Below the pieces are notes generated by a model, which was not told the origin of the DNA, did not search any database, and saw only the letters and a program-made list of their open reading frames with translations. Positions 33,996-43,954 of a DNA stretch of 64,000 nucleotides are shown piece by piece. The DNA is taken from the IMG/VR virus record IMGVR_UViG_3300045988_161114, positions 1 through 64,000 of that record. One strand, written 5' to 3'. Source of the DNA: a virus. Each line of letters opens with the position of its first letter. The stretch's first letter is position 1. Both the position numbers and the translations under genes were made by a program.

Positions 33996-36509
33996 ATGTC
34001 TATTAAGCAACTTACCGACTTTAAGACTCAGATGGATAAGTTGCGTATGTTTCTTCCCCAATATTTGGAAGAGCATGGTCATGATGTGAAAGACGGACAT
34101 AAAATAAGATGTCTGTCTCCAGATCATGATGATCATACGCCATCTATGTCTATGTTTAATACTGAAGAGGGGTACCCTCTTCTTCGTTGTCATGGCTGTA
34201 ATACAGTTATGGATATATTTAATGTAGCAAATGTCTTAGAAGGCAGACCTATTATGGGTGCAGGCTTAATAGACAATACTGCTACATATCTTGCATATAA
34301 ATATGGTGTTGAGCTTGTATATAAAAAACTTAGCGAAGATGATATATATGAACTTAATATGTATCAAGCATATGAAGCTGCTGCAAATTATATAATTTCT
34401 CAAGAAGATTTCAATGAGCTGCAAATAGCAGAAATGAAGAAAAGAAATTTTTCTAGAGAATTTATGAAAGCTTATAAAGTTGGCATATGTAATGATGTAG
34501 ACAAGCTTAGAGAGCATCTTAAGTCTTGTGGCTATATGGCATCATTCATAGATGAGATTGACCTTGGGAATAAGCGTATATTTAATTCTAATAATATAAT
34601 TTATACGATATGTGATGACAATGGTCGACCTGTTGCTTTCCAAGCAAGGAATCTTGCTTATGATGGCAAAGTAGATGAAAGCACTGGCAACTTTATAAAT
34701 GGGCCAAAGTTTATTGGATCTACAATATCTAATATTAAGAAAAATATTTACCGTAAAAAAGAAAGACTTTATCTTTTAGATAAAGCTAAGCGTAATGAAA
34801 GTGTTATTGTAGTAGAAGGTAATTCTGATGCTTTATCACTACATAATAATGGAATTACTAATGCTGTTGGTATTTGTGGTTTAAATTTTTCTGAACATCA
34901 TTTAAATACATTGCGGCGCAATGCTATTTATGAAATTATTATGTGTCTTGATAATGATGATGCTGGGACTGAGAAAGCTAAAGCTATTCTTGATGATGTG
35001 GCATCTAAGATACATGATATAAAAATTAAATTTATATTCTTGCCTGATGAGTATGATGAAGCTGGAAATAAACTTAAAGTTGATCCTGATGAATATATTC
35101 GTAGGCATGGTAAAGAAGCTTTTAAAGCTTTACCTGTAATAGATTCATTTTCTTGGCGATTGCAAAGATTTGATTCTGATACAGATCCTGAAGTAATATC
35201 ACTAGCAGTGATTCCTATTATATGTGCTGAGCCATCTTATATACGCAGAGAGCGTATGATTAATGAGCTTGCACTATATACTGGATATAGTGATAAAGTT
35301 ATTAGGGATGAGATTGAAAAGATCGAATCTGATAAGACTCGTAAAGTTGAAACTGCCAAGAAACGTGTTCTTGAAAATCTTGTACGTAATCTTGAAGAAT
35401 CGTCTTCTGTTGATGCTGAATTAGCTCTTAATGAAGCTCTTACTGAAATTTATGAAATTAACCAGAATTTTAATGCTGGTATAATGGAAACCTCTTCCCG
35501 TATTAATAATATTTTAGCTATTAAAGAATACCAAGAAGATACTGATAGCTTTAGTCTTATTAATTGGGGCAAACCACAATTTCATTCTTTGAATGCTGCT
35601 ACTGATGGAGATACCTCTGGTAAGGTAATATTCATTGGCGGCGGGTCTAATGTTGGTAAAACTTCGTGGGAAGTTAATCTTGCATGGAGAATTGTAGAAA
35701 ACAATCCAGATTCTATGGTTGTATTCCTATCTATTGACGATAGCGCTAAAGAATTGTTGCCTCGTATTTGTTGTTTTGACGCATGTTTAAGAGCATGGGA
35801 AAATGATGATATACGCTTATTTAAGCATTTAGATATTAATAAATTCGCTAAACCAGATTTATATAAAGATAATCCAGTTCTTTATGCATCTATTAAAGAT
35901 GAAAGAGAAATTTTCTATAAGAAATTTCTATCTTATGCAAGAGAAGATAGATTTGTTCTGTATGATTCAATAGATGGTAGAAGTTTAGATTTTATCGAGA
36001 CTCTACTTCGTACATATAGAGATAAATATCCTAATAGAAGACTGTACTTCTTCTTGGATAACTTCCATTTGGTTCAATTAAATAATGGTTCTGAAGGTAG
36101 AGAGAAATATAAAACTCTATCTCATGAAATAAAGGCATTGGCAGTTAAATATAATTCTACTGTTGTTAGTACAGTTGAATATACTAAGATGCCTCTTAAT
36201 CAGAAACCTGATAATAATAATATTGCTGAATCTAACAGTCTTGTATATGATAGTAATTTGATTATGCATGGTTGGAATGAGCTTCATGGTTTAAGAGAAG
36301 AGGCTACTGCATATCATATTGATCCAGATGATCCAAAACGATATAAACGTCCTATTGTAGAATGGGCCGTTGGTAAAAATAAAATAGCTGCATTTAAAGG
36401 TAATATATATACTAAGTCATGGCCTGAAAAGGCATTCTTTGTTGAAATAAGTGAAACTGAGTATAAAACCATTGTAGCTGAAAATACTGCTTATGAAAAA
36501 GGACTATAA
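33996..36509 (+). CDS. bifunctional DNA primase / DnaB-like replicative helicase
   Basis: Zinc finger CLSPDHDDHTPS...CHGC. TOPRIM motifs VVEGNSDALSL and CLDNDDAG. Walker A FIGGGSNVGKTSW and Walker B-like YFFLDNFHL. Confidence 0.8.
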   Translation: MSIKQLTDFKTQMDKLRMFLPQYLEEHGHDVKDGHKIRCLSPDHDDHTPSMSMFNTEEGYPLLRCHGCNTVMDIFNVANVLEGRPIMGAGLIDNTATYLAYKYGVELVYKKLSEDDIYELNMYQAYEAAANYIISQEDFNELQIAEMKKRNFSREFMKAYKVGICNDVDKLREHLKSCGYMASFIDEIDLGNKRIFNSNNIIYTICDDNGRPVAFQARNLAYDGKVDESTGNFINGPKFIGSTISNIKKNIYRKKERLYLLDKAKRNESVIVVEGNSDALSLHNNGITNAVGICGLNFSEHHLNTLRRNAIYEIIMCLDNDDAGTEKAKAILDDVASKIHDIKIKFIFLPDEYDEAGNKLKVDPDEYIRRHGKEAFKALPVIDSFSWRLQRFDSDTDPEVISLAVIPIICAEPSYIRRERMINELALYTGYSDKVIRDEIEKIESDKTRKVETAKKRVLENLVRNLEESSSVDAELALNEALTEIYEINQNFNAGIMETSSRINNILAIKEYQEDTDSFSLINWGKPQFHSLNAATDGDTSGKVIFIGGGSNVGKTSWEVNLAWRIVENNPDSMVVFLSIDDSAKELLPRICCFDACLRAWENDDIRLFKHLDINKFAKPDLYKDNPVLYASIKDEREIFYKKFLSYAREDRFVLYDSIDGRSLDFIETLLRTYRDKYPNRRLYFFLDNFHLVQLNNGSEGREKYKTLSHEIKALAVKYNSTVVSTVEYTKMPLNQKPDNNNIAESNSLVYDSNLIMHGWNELHGLREEATAYHIDPDDPKRYKRPIVEWAVGKNKIAAFKGNIYTKSWPEKAFFVEISETEYKTIVAENTAYEKGL

Positions 36510-37357
36510 TGTTTAATAATGAATTAGAGGAAGATTTAGTTGCTGGCAAAGTAGAATTTAAAGGATTTGATTTACCAAGAACTATTCCTAATTTTAATTC
36601 ATTTAATCATTTGTCAGTATCAATGTTTTGTAAGGCAATGTCAAAATATAATGATGTTGCCTTACATTATCCTGAATTTATAATAGATTTTGAAGGATTA
36701 CATAAAGAAGGTTTACCATTTAAACAATTCTGTAGTGTTATACTATTTGAAGCGTTTAATATATTTTTAAAAGATCCTAATGTTGACATATCTGAGCTTG
36801 CTTTGTATATAGACAATACGGAAAAATTAAAAATATTCAATATGAAGGAATCTGAAATAAAATATTTGTCTACTTTATATATGAGTTTTGTATCATGCAT
36901 AAAGAATTTGAAAGATGAAATTTTAAATTCCGCCGGATTTATTTCTAAAGAGAAAATATATTTTTCTTATGGAAGAAATCCTAGAGAATGTTATCAGCAA
37001 TATATAGATTTGATAACTGTTAAAGAAGAGGGCATTAATGTCTTTATTCTAACGCCACAAGTATTTGGTGCTAGGAATAATTCTAGAACAGTATCTAATC
37101 CTAGAGTTCTTCATATAATAAATCACTTTAATGACCTTGGATTAAATCTATTAAATGTTTATGAAATAACTATTCCGTTCTCTGAGGGGAATAGCGTTTC
37201 ATTGCAAAGAATCCCTATTAATAAAGTAAATGTTCAGTCTGCTATTAATTTTTGTAGGGCTGACCCTACATTTACTAGTAATCTTATTTTTTGTAGAACA
37301 TGTAAATATAATAATAGTTGCTCTATTAAAGATATGATTCCTATATACAGGGTTTAA
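36509..37357 (+). CDS. hypothetical protein with C-terminal C-x2-C-x5-C cluster (possible second Cas4-like nuclease)
   Basis: Ends FCRTCKYNNSCSIK, the same Cys spacing as the 32722 nuclease. A clear D...ExK motif was not found. Confidence 0.3.
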   Translation: MFNNELEEDLVAGKVEFKGFDLPRTIPNFNSFNHLSVSMFCKAMSKYNDVALHYPEFIIDFEGLHKEGLPFKQFCSVILFEAFNIFLKDPNVDISELALYIDNTEKLKIFNMKESEIKYLSTLYMSFVSCIKNLKDEILNSAGFISKEKIYFSYGRNPRECYQQYIDLITVKEEGINVFILTPQVFGARNNSRTVSNPRVLHIINHFNDLGLNLLNVYEITIPFSEGNSVSLQRIPINKVNVQSAINFCRADPTFTSNLIFCRTCKYNNSCSIKDMIPIYRV

Positions 37358-37358
37358 A

Positions 37359-37577
37359 ATGAAAATATATAAAATAAGAGAAGATGCCTATCCTTTTATA
37401 TTTGGATATATAATTGGAATGGTTATTGCATTAAGTATATTTAAAATGCTTGGTGTAATAGCAGTATCATGGATCGTAGTGTTTCTTGGTCCATTAATTT
37501 TTATTGGATGCGTTTCTGCTTCAATAATTATTGTTATGATGATGTTTTGTCTTGTTGGCTACGGAAATCAAAAATGA
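37359..37577 (+). CDS. small membrane protein (two TM helices)
   Basis: FIFGYIIGMVIALSIF and VSWIVVFLGPLIFIGCVSASIIIVMMMFCLVG. Confidence 0.6.
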   Translation: MKIYKIREDAYPFIFGYIIGMVIALSIFKMLGVIAVSWIVVFLGPLIFIGCVSASIIIVMMMFCLVGYGNQK

Positions 37578-37885
37578 AGATAGTACATATGGCTCCATTA
37601 AGTCAAGGATGGATAGTTGAGGGAACTGGAGATACTCAACTTGTAGTATCTGTTCTTGAAGACGATAACGATGAAATTGCCTGTATTGTAGACACTACTA
37701 CTGGCAAGTATTACATCAATAGGATAATTGATAAAAATGCTATTTGGAAATTTGCTCCTCACAACTTCGACCGCGTAGAAAGTGATGATGCATTTGATGC
37801 CTATCATAAATTCTTTTTTGATAATGGTCTTGGATTGGCTATTGATGGCATGAATTACAATTTCACCAGTAAATTAAAATCATGA
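37574..37885 (+). CDS. hypothetical protein
   Basis: ORF track 37469..37885. The ATG at 37574 overlaps the preceding stop codon (atga). Confidence 0.6.
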   Translation: MKIVHMAPLSQGWIVEGTGDTQLVVSVLEDDNDEIACIVDTTTGKYYINRIIDKNAIWKFAPHNFDRVESDDAFDAYHKFFFDNGLGLAIDGMNYNFTSKLKS

Positions 37886-38352
37886 GTGCTGATAATAGGG
37901 GCTCTGAAGAACAGAGAATTATCTATAGATTTCTCAAAGAGCTATATCCTCATTATGATGTGATTTATGAGGCTACTCTTCCGAATGGAATGCGTTTTGA
38001 TTGTTTTGTAAAACAAATTGGTGTAGTCGTGGAAACTGACGGGAAACAGCATACACAATTTGTCAAGCATTTCCATGGCGATTTTAATGGCTTCCTATCC
38101 CAACAGTTAAAAGATTCCAAAAAGGATACTATTGCTGCAGAAATGGGAATAAGGCTTCTTAGGATTAACCAATGGGATTGTCCTAAAACAAAAGAAGAAC
38201 TAAAAGATATGATAGATTCTATACCTGATCCTGGTGTAGAGTATGATTATCTTGTTCTGGATAATGACAAGCCTAATAAAGCTAATGAAAAAATTAAAGA
38301 GATAAAACGCAAACGTTATTTTGAATATAAAAATAGCAGACGAAAAGAGTAG
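37882..38352 (+). CDS. free-standing PD-(D/E)XK (Vsr/DUF559-like) endonuclease
   Basis: GMRFDCFVKQIGVVVETDGKQHTQF...IRLLRINQWD has the same D...E-x-D/N-G-x-x-H core as the intron-encoded nuclease (PDFLLENGKIIEVNGDYWH). Confidence 0.5.
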   Translation: MSADNRGSEEQRIIYRFLKELYPHYDVIYEATLPNGMRFDCFVKQIGVVVETDGKQHTQFVKHFHGDFNGFLSQQLKDSKKDTIAAEMGIRLLRINQWDCPKTKEELKDMIDSIPDPGVEYDYLVLDNDKPNKANEKIKEIKRKRYFEYKNSRRKE

Positions 38353-38360
38353 TCTGCTTT

Positions 38361-38376
38361 AAATCTTTAGGGATTT
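38361..38376 (+). repeat. TTAG-loop hairpin (aaatc-tttagg-gattt)
   Basis: Lies 9 nt after the CDS stop codon, followed by AT-rich tract and then GC-rich island C. Same motif family as 1893, 2042 and 4473. Confidence 0.45.
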
Positions 38377-38390
38377 ATATTTTATATTTT

Positions 38391-38505
38391 CTGTACAATC
38401 GCTTTGGGATTGTACAGACACTCAGCCAGATCTGCATGCATCAGCTGCAGCTCCAGGCTGAGCCGGGTCTATTACCTTAGTATTTATTATTGAGTTATAC
38501 GACCC
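38391..38505 (+). ncRNA. candidate structured small RNA (GC-rich island C)
   Basis: 10-bp hairpin ctgtacaatc / gattgtacag, then the GC-rich stem ctcagcc...ggctgag enclosing ctgcatgcatcagctgcag, then gggtc...gaccc. There is no ORF. The layout matches islands A and B. Confidence 0.45.
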
Positions 38506-38560
38506 ATTTTATTAGGTTTTATACCTAAAGAATAATGATAATAATAAAAAAGGTTTAATA

Positions 38561-39754
38561 ATGTCTTCAAAGGTTTTTAATAGAGATGCTGTATCTGATA
38601 CACTGTTTTTGAATAAAGAAAACGGTTTATCTATTCAGCGTTTTGATGATCCTAAATATCCAGTTATCCTTAAACTATTAGATCAACAACTTGGATTCTT
38701 TTGGCGTCCTGAAGAGATTGATATGTCAAAAGATAGATCTAATTTTAGTGGATTGACTAAAGCTCAAGAACATATAGTTATATCTAATATTAAGCGTCAA
38801 ATAATGCTAGATAGTATTATGGGGCGTGCTCCTGATTTAGTATTTGGAGTTGCTACTAGCGATCCTACTCTAGAGGCATGTGTCAAATGGTGGAGTGCAT
38901 ACGAAACATTACATAGTAAGTCATATACCCATATTATTCAATCTAGTTTTTCTCAACCTAAAGAGGTTCTAGACACTGTATTGGATATTAAAGAGATTGT
39001 TACATGTTCTGATTCTATTGCTAGATATTATGATGATGCTATAGAAAAAGTTCAATTATTTTACGAAAATAAAGTTTCTAGATATGAAGCTTGTAAAGCT
39101 ATTTATTTAGCATTACATGCTGCCAATTCACTAGAGGCATTAAGATTTCATATTTCATTTGCTTGTAGTTTTGCATTTGGTAAGAATGGCGTACTTCCAG
39201 GTCTTGCACGGATTATAACTCTTATCGCTCGTGATGAAAAAGTTCATGTTGCTATAACCAACAATCTTATAAAGATAGTAAAAAATGACGATCCTGATAT
39301 TGCTCTTATTGCGAAAGATCCTGAAGTAATAAAGGCTATTAAAGAGATGTGGCGTACTGTTATTCTTGAAGAAGCAGAATGGGCTAAGTATCTATTTAAA
39401 GAAGGTGAGATATTTGGATTAAATGAAAAAATATTGTTTAAATATCTTTGCTATCTTGCCACTACAAGATTGGAATATTTTGAAATTGGCACTTTAGAAG
39501 AAGTTGCTGGTTTTGAATCTGTACATGAAAATCCTATTGTTTGGATTAATAAATGGCTAGGCAATGATATGGGTGATCAACCTGCTCCTCAAGAAGTAGA
39601 AATCACTACATATGAAAAGGGTATTGTAGATTATGGTTCCGGCGATTATCGTGAAGGCTTAACAATGATTAATCTTGGGTTGCCCGAAGATATTGAACAT
39701 GACACTCCTGGTATCACAACAGAAGAAATCAAAGGATTGTTTTATGGAAATTAA
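38561..39754 (+). CDS. nrdB: ribonucleotide reductase class Ia beta subunit
   Basis: FFWRPEEIDMSKD, ETLHSKSYTHII, EALRFHISFACSFAF and ARDEKVHV are the di-iron and tyrosyl-radical motifs, in the canonical order. Confidence 0.9.
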   Translation: MSSKVFNRDAVSDTLFLNKENGLSIQRFDDPKYPVILKLLDQQLGFFWRPEEIDMSKDRSNFSGLTKAQEHIVISNIKRQIMLDSIMGRAPDLVFGVATSDPTLEACVKWWSAYETLHSKSYTHIIQSSFSQPKEVLDTVLDIKEIVTCSDSIARYYDDAIEKVQLFYENKVSRYEACKAIYLALHAANSLEALRFHISFACSFAFGKNGVLPGLARIITLIARDEKVHVAITNNLIKIVKNDDPDIALIAKDPEVIKAIKEMWRTVILEEAEWAKYLFKEGEIFGLNEKILFKYLCYLATTRLEYFEIGTLEEVAGFESVHENPIVWINKWLGNDMGDQPAPQEVEITTYEKGIVDYGSGDYREGLTMINLGLPEDIEHDTPGITTEEIKGLFYGN

Positions 39755-39935
39755 TGTCTTTTATAATAGCAAATTTGATAAAAGAATTATACAGTCTAAT
39801 TCTGATAAAAATATAAAATTTTTTCGTATTAATGAATCTAAATCTAAAGAGGCTTTAGATAGATTCTTTGAAGGCGATTCATATATTGATTCTGGATGCC
39901 AAATATACGTATATGATAATAAGGCTTTAGTATGA
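39744..39935 (+). CDS. hypothetical small protein
   Basis: ORF track 39675..39935 overlaps nrdB. The ATG at 39744 (MEINVFYNSKF...) was chosen. Confidence 0.5.
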   Translation: MEINVFYNSKFDKRIIQSNSDKNIKFFRINESKSKEALDRFFEGDSYIDSGCQIYVYDNKALV

Positions 39936-40210
39936 AAATAAAAGTTTATTCAAAAAATAATTGTCCCCACTGTAAAGAAGCTTTACATGCTTTGAAATCT
40001 TACCTTCCTGATTTTGATAAAACAGTTGAAGTTATTTATGTGGATGAAAAGCCTGAACTTAAAGATGAATTGCTAAGTATATTTGATAATCTGGGACTTC
40101 CTCGTCCTAGAACTGTTCCACAAGTATTTAAATATACTGAAGAGAAAGAATTAGTGTATCTTGGTGATAATAAAATAATCCAAGAAAAGATTGTAAATAA
40201 GACACTATGA
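39932..40210 (+). CDS. glutaredoxin/NrdH-like redoxin
   Basis: MKIKVYSKNNCPHCKEA provides the CxxC motif, and TVPQVF is also present. The gene lies between nrdB and nrdA. Confidence 0.75.
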   Translation: MKIKVYSKNNCPHCKEALHALKSYLPDFDKTVEVIYVDEKPELKDELLSIFDNLGLPRPRTVPQVFKYTEEKELVYLGDNKIIQEKIVNKTL

Positions 40211-42543
40211 TTGTAGTAAAACGTAATGGTTTAAGAGTAGAATATAATCCCGAAAAGATAAATAAATTTTTAGAATTTGTTTGCGATGGATTAGATGCAT
40301 CAATGTCTGATATTGCAATGAATTCTGATCTTCTTATTTATGACGGGATCACTACTGATAATATTAATAAGGCATTAAGAGACTCCGCTGAATCTTTAAT
40401 TTCTGAGAATAATCCCGACTATGCTATAGTTGCAGGTAGAATCTTGATGTCAGATCTTCGTAAGAAGGCTTATGGTGATTTTACTCCTGACAGTCTTCTT
40501 TCTATTATAAAAGAGAATACATATCTTGGTATGTATACTGAAGATCTATTGGCTAATTATACTGAAGAAGAAATTGAATATCTTGATTCTCTTATTGATC
40601 ATGATAGAGATTTCAATTTTAGTATTTCTGGCGCACTAGAATGGGAGAAGAAATATCTTGTCCAGAATCGTGCAACAGGAACTTATTTTGAAACACCGCA
40701 GATATCATATATGTGTGTTGCAATGATGTATTTCCTTAATGAAGATAAATTATATTCTAAAGAGGAAAGACTTCAATATGTTGCAAAAGCATATAAGTAT
40801 TTATCTGAAGGCGTGTGGAATATTCCAACCCCTCATTTAGCTAGACTCAGAACGCCTACAAGGGCGTTTAGTAGCTGTGTTGTTATCAAGACAGGTGATT
40901 CGATTGATTCGATTTCTGCGGTCGATATGGCGGCACGTAGATATGCTACTCTTGGTGCAGGACTAGGAATCCATACTGGTGATCTTCGCGGGAAGTTGTC
41001 GCCTATTCGTAATGGTGCTGCTATTAACACTGGGGCATTATATCATGCCCAATCAATAGAACGTGCTGCATTGTCTTGTTCTCAAGGTGGTGTTCGTAAA
41101 GGTAGTATTACATTCCATTGGCACGGATTGCATAAAGATTTCTTAGACACTGTAAGTTATAAAAACAGTGCTAGACCCGATGCAGATTCTATGAAACATA
41201 GTGATCATGCTATTTGGATTAATGGATTTATTCTTCATAAGATTCGTCAAAATGAAGATATTTATTTATTTGATCCGCCTGAAGTTCCTAAGCTCTGGAA
41301 ATTATTTTATTCTTCTAAGCTATCTGAATTTGCTAAAGAATATAATCGTTGTGTAGCTGATCCTAAAATAAATAAGGTTGCTGTTCCATCATCAAGATAT
41401 ATTGAACTTCTTGTTGCTGAACGTATTGGTACTGGTAGAGTATATATTGGATTTGCAGATACTCTTAATGAGAAGTCTACTTATGACGAAGATAAATATC
41501 CTATATTCTCTAGTAATCTATGTATGGAAATTGCATTACCTACTGCTGATTTAGAATTTAAATATGATAGCACTACAGAGAAATATGATGTAGATGGATT
41601 AATTGCATTATGTAATCTTGGTGGTATTAATTGGGGCGCGGTTAGTAACCCTAATGAATTCTATGATATTGCAGATGTAATGATGAATGCAATTGACAAT
41701 ATATTGAGTTATCAAGAACACCCATTTGGTGCTGCTAAACGACACAATAATTTATTCCGACCTATTGGTCTTGGTATAACAGGTTTCGCATATTGGCTTG
41801 CTAAAAATAATCTTACTTATAATAATAATTACGAATTGACTGATTATTGGATGCAAACATATTCACATGCTGTTATTAAAGCATCTATTGAATTAGCTAA
41901 AAAACGTGGTCCATGTGAAGGCTGGATGGATACAAAATGGGCAGAAGGTATATTGCCTTTAGATATCCGTAAACCCGCGCTAGAAAGTGTTATCCCTCAT
42001 AAGGAATATTATGATTGGGATGAAATAAGAAATGAAGTTAAAAAATATGGTGTAAGAAATGCATCTATGATTGCATTGTTCCCTGCTGAAACTTCTGCTA
42101 AAATTTCTGGATCAGGTACTACTAATGGTATTGAACCCGTTAGAGCTCTAATTCAAAGTAAGGGCGGCAAAGAAACTGTTGCTAAATTTACAGTTCCCGA
42201 ATTAATAAGATTAAAAGATAAGTATGATATAGTATGGGATTGGAAAAACAATGAAGGGTATATAAAAACAGTTGCTGTTTTGCAAAAATATACCGACCAG
42301 GCTATATCGGCCAATACTTATACTAATAGAAAGAATTTTTCAAATGACAAGGTTCCAGTTACATCCATTATTAATGAACTATACCTTGCCTATGCTTATG
42401 GTCTAAAAACTCTTTATTATAATAATAACCAAGATACAATGGATACTTCTTTGTATAATGGAGATGCTCAAACAAAGGCAGAGGTAGTAGTTGAACCTGT
42501 CGCTTCTGAGGAAGAAGAACATTGTGAGAGTTGTAGCTTATGA
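40207..42543 (+). CDS. nrdA: ribonucleotide reductase class Ia alpha subunit
   Basis: N-terminal ATP-cone (VVKRNGLRVEYNPEKI). Also SSCVVI, SSNLCMEIALP, the PAETSAKISG-type loop, and a C-terminal CESCSL redox tail. Confidence 0.9.
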   Translation: MIVVKRNGLRVEYNPEKINKFLEFVCDGLDASMSDIAMNSDLLIYDGITTDNINKALRDSAESLISENNPDYAIVAGRILMSDLRKKAYGDFTPDSLLSIIKENTYLGMYTEDLLANYTEEEIEYLDSLIDHDRDFNFSISGALEWEKKYLVQNRATGTYFETPQISYMCVAMMYFLNEDKLYSKEERLQYVAKAYKYLSEGVWNIPTPHLARLRTPTRAFSSCVVIKTGDSIDSISAVDMAARRYATLGAGLGIHTGDLRGKLSPIRNGAAINTGALYHAQSIERAALSCSQGGVRKGSITFHWHGLHKDFLDTVSYKNSARPDADSMKHSDHAIWINGFILHKIRQNEDIYLFDPPEVPKLWKLFYSSKLSEFAKEYNRCVADPKINKVAVPSSRYIELLVAERIGTGRVYIGFADTLNEKSTYDEDKYPIFSSNLCMEIALPTADLEFKYDSTTEKYDVDGLIALCNLGGINWGAVSNPNEFYDIADVMMNAIDNILSYQEHPFGAAKRHNNLFRPIGLGITGFAYWLAKNNLTYNNNYELTDYWMQTYSHAVIKASIELAKKRGPCEGWMDTKWAEGILPLDIRKPALESVIPHKEYYDWDEIRNEVKKYGVRNASMIALFPAETSAKISGSGTTNGIEPVRALIQSKGGKETVAKFTVPELIRLKDKYDIVWDWKNNEGYIKTVAVLQKYTDQAISANTYTNRKNFSNDKVPVTSIINELYLAYAYGLKTLYYNNNQDTMDTSLYNGDAQTKAEVVVEPVASEEEEHCESCSL

Positions 42544-42767
42544 TTATAAGCATGAAAGATATTATTAATGCCTCCATAGGGCAAAGTCTTGCTGAAGTTA
42601 ACAATAGGACTTGGAGAAATGAAAGGTTTATGGAAAAGTATGGACGCATTCCGCCTGAAAATGTATATGTTGAGCCCGCTCCTGTTAAGCCTGAGCCTAA
42701 GAGTCCCGGAGATTTCATTATGCTTGGCATTAATAGGGTTCTAGATTATCTTACCCCTATAAAATAA
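42540..42767 (+). CDS. hypothetical protein
   Basis: 75-aa ORF overlapping the nrdA stop codon (atga). Confidence 0.55.
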   Translation: MIISMKDIINASIGQSLAEVNNRTWRNERFMEKYGRIPPENVYVEPAPVKPEPKSPGDFIMLGINRVLDYLTPIK

Positions 42768-42770
42768 AAT

Positions 42771-42959
42771 ATGTTAATTGATTTGAAATATTCACTCAAT
42801 GAAAGTGGGAGAGAAAAACTCTCTCACTTTTCTTTAAATTTTAATGATGAACAGCAAGAAGCTATTGCTGCATCTGTTGGGACTATAGACATAACAATCG
42901 ATGTAGATGATACATGGGGATTCGTAAATATAGTTGCAATTAATGGAAATGAAATATGA
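42771..42959 (+). CDS. hypothetical protein
   Basis: 62-aa ORF, coupled to the next gene. Confidence 0.5.
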   Translation: MLIDLKYSLNESGREKLSHFSLNFNDEQQEAIAASVGTIDITIDVDDTWGFVNIVAINGNEI

Positions 42960-43510
42960 AGAAAATAATCGGCTTTTGTGGTAAAGCTCATAGTGGCAAA
43001 AGTTATGCCGCAAATATAATTAAGTCAGAATATCCTAGTGCTGAAATAATATCATTTGGTGATGCAGTTAGAGATATGCTTAAAGCTATTGTTGATGTTG
43101 ATTCTATTTATGAGTCTGAAACAAAAGAAGAGATTATTCCTGAATTAGGAGTTTCCTTAAGAAAACTTATGCAGACTCTTGGAACAGAATGGGGAAGAAA
43201 CTCTGTTTCTGATTCTTTATGGGTTGACATTTTAATGATGAAAGCTAATAAATCTGAATCTGATATAATTATTGTTCCAGATGTTAGATTTAAAAATGAA
43301 TATGATGCCATTATAAATAATGGTGGCATAATTATAAATCTTAAAACTGGAGATGATTTTAAAGATATTGATCTTTCATCACATATATCAGAGTCTTTTA
43401 TTCCAGAAGATAATGATAAAACTTTCAATATTAAAAATACTTTCGATAAACGATTTGCCGGTTTTCTTAAGGTTGTTTATAAACCTTATTTAAAAGACCT
43501 TCAGGATTAA
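42956..43510 (+). CDS. deoxynucleoside monophosphate kinase
   Basis: P-loop IIGFCGKAHSGKSYAA and LMQTLGTEWGRNSVSDSLWV fit the phage dNMP-kinase family pattern as recalled. Confidence 0.6.
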   Translation: MKKIIGFCGKAHSGKSYAANIIKSEYPSAEIISFGDAVRDMLKAIVDVDSIYESETKEEIIPELGVSLRKLMQTLGTEWGRNSVSDSLWVDILMMKANKSESDIIIVPDVRFKNEYDAIINNGGIIINLKTGDDFKDIDLSSHISESFIPEDNDKTFNIKNTFDKRFAGFLKVVYKPYLKDLQD

Positions 43511-43512
43511 AT

Positions 43513-43770
43513 ATGACATTAAATAATTGTATAGAAGCTGAAGAGGGTATGGAATTTGATTCAATAGAGTCAGCTTTAATGACGTCATGTCACCTTTGTG
43601 GTACACCATTGGAGTGGTCATTATCATTAGTATGGAATGACATCCATGAATTGAATTTTATTCATGGAATTTCTCATAGTTGCGGCGCAACGTTTACTAT
43701 AGAACCAATTCTTAGTCCCGAATCTCACGATGGCTACATACTTCACATTGATGAGAGTAAAATAGAATAA
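43513..43770 (+). CDS. hypothetical protein
   Basis: 85-aa ORF. Confidence 0.55.
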   Translation: MTLNNCIEAEEGMEFDSIESALMTSCHLCGTPLEWSLSLVWNDIHELNFIHGISHSCGATFTIEPILSPESHDGYILHIDESKIE

Positions 43771-43801
43771 TATCAAAATTGAAGTAGTTCGTTTTATTTT
43801 T

Positions 43802-43954
43802 ATGGTTTCTGTTTCAAAATTTTTAGGTATCTTAACTTTTCAAGCAATGCTTATTGTCGCTAAAAGAATAATAAACTTTCTTCTTGATTTTATAACTCAA
43901 AAAGAAAAAAGATTTAATAAGCAATATAATTCTTATAGATTACAAAATGTCTAA
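43802..43954 (+). CDS. possible small membrane protein (50 aa, below the ORF-track cutoff)
   Basis: Hand translation: MVSVSKFLGILTFQAMLIVAKRIINFLLDFITQKEKRFNKQYNSYRLQNV. Its end overlaps the start of the next gene. Confidence 0.25.
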   Translation: MVSVSKFLGILTFQAMLIVAKRIINFLLDFITQKEKRFNKQYNSYRLQNV

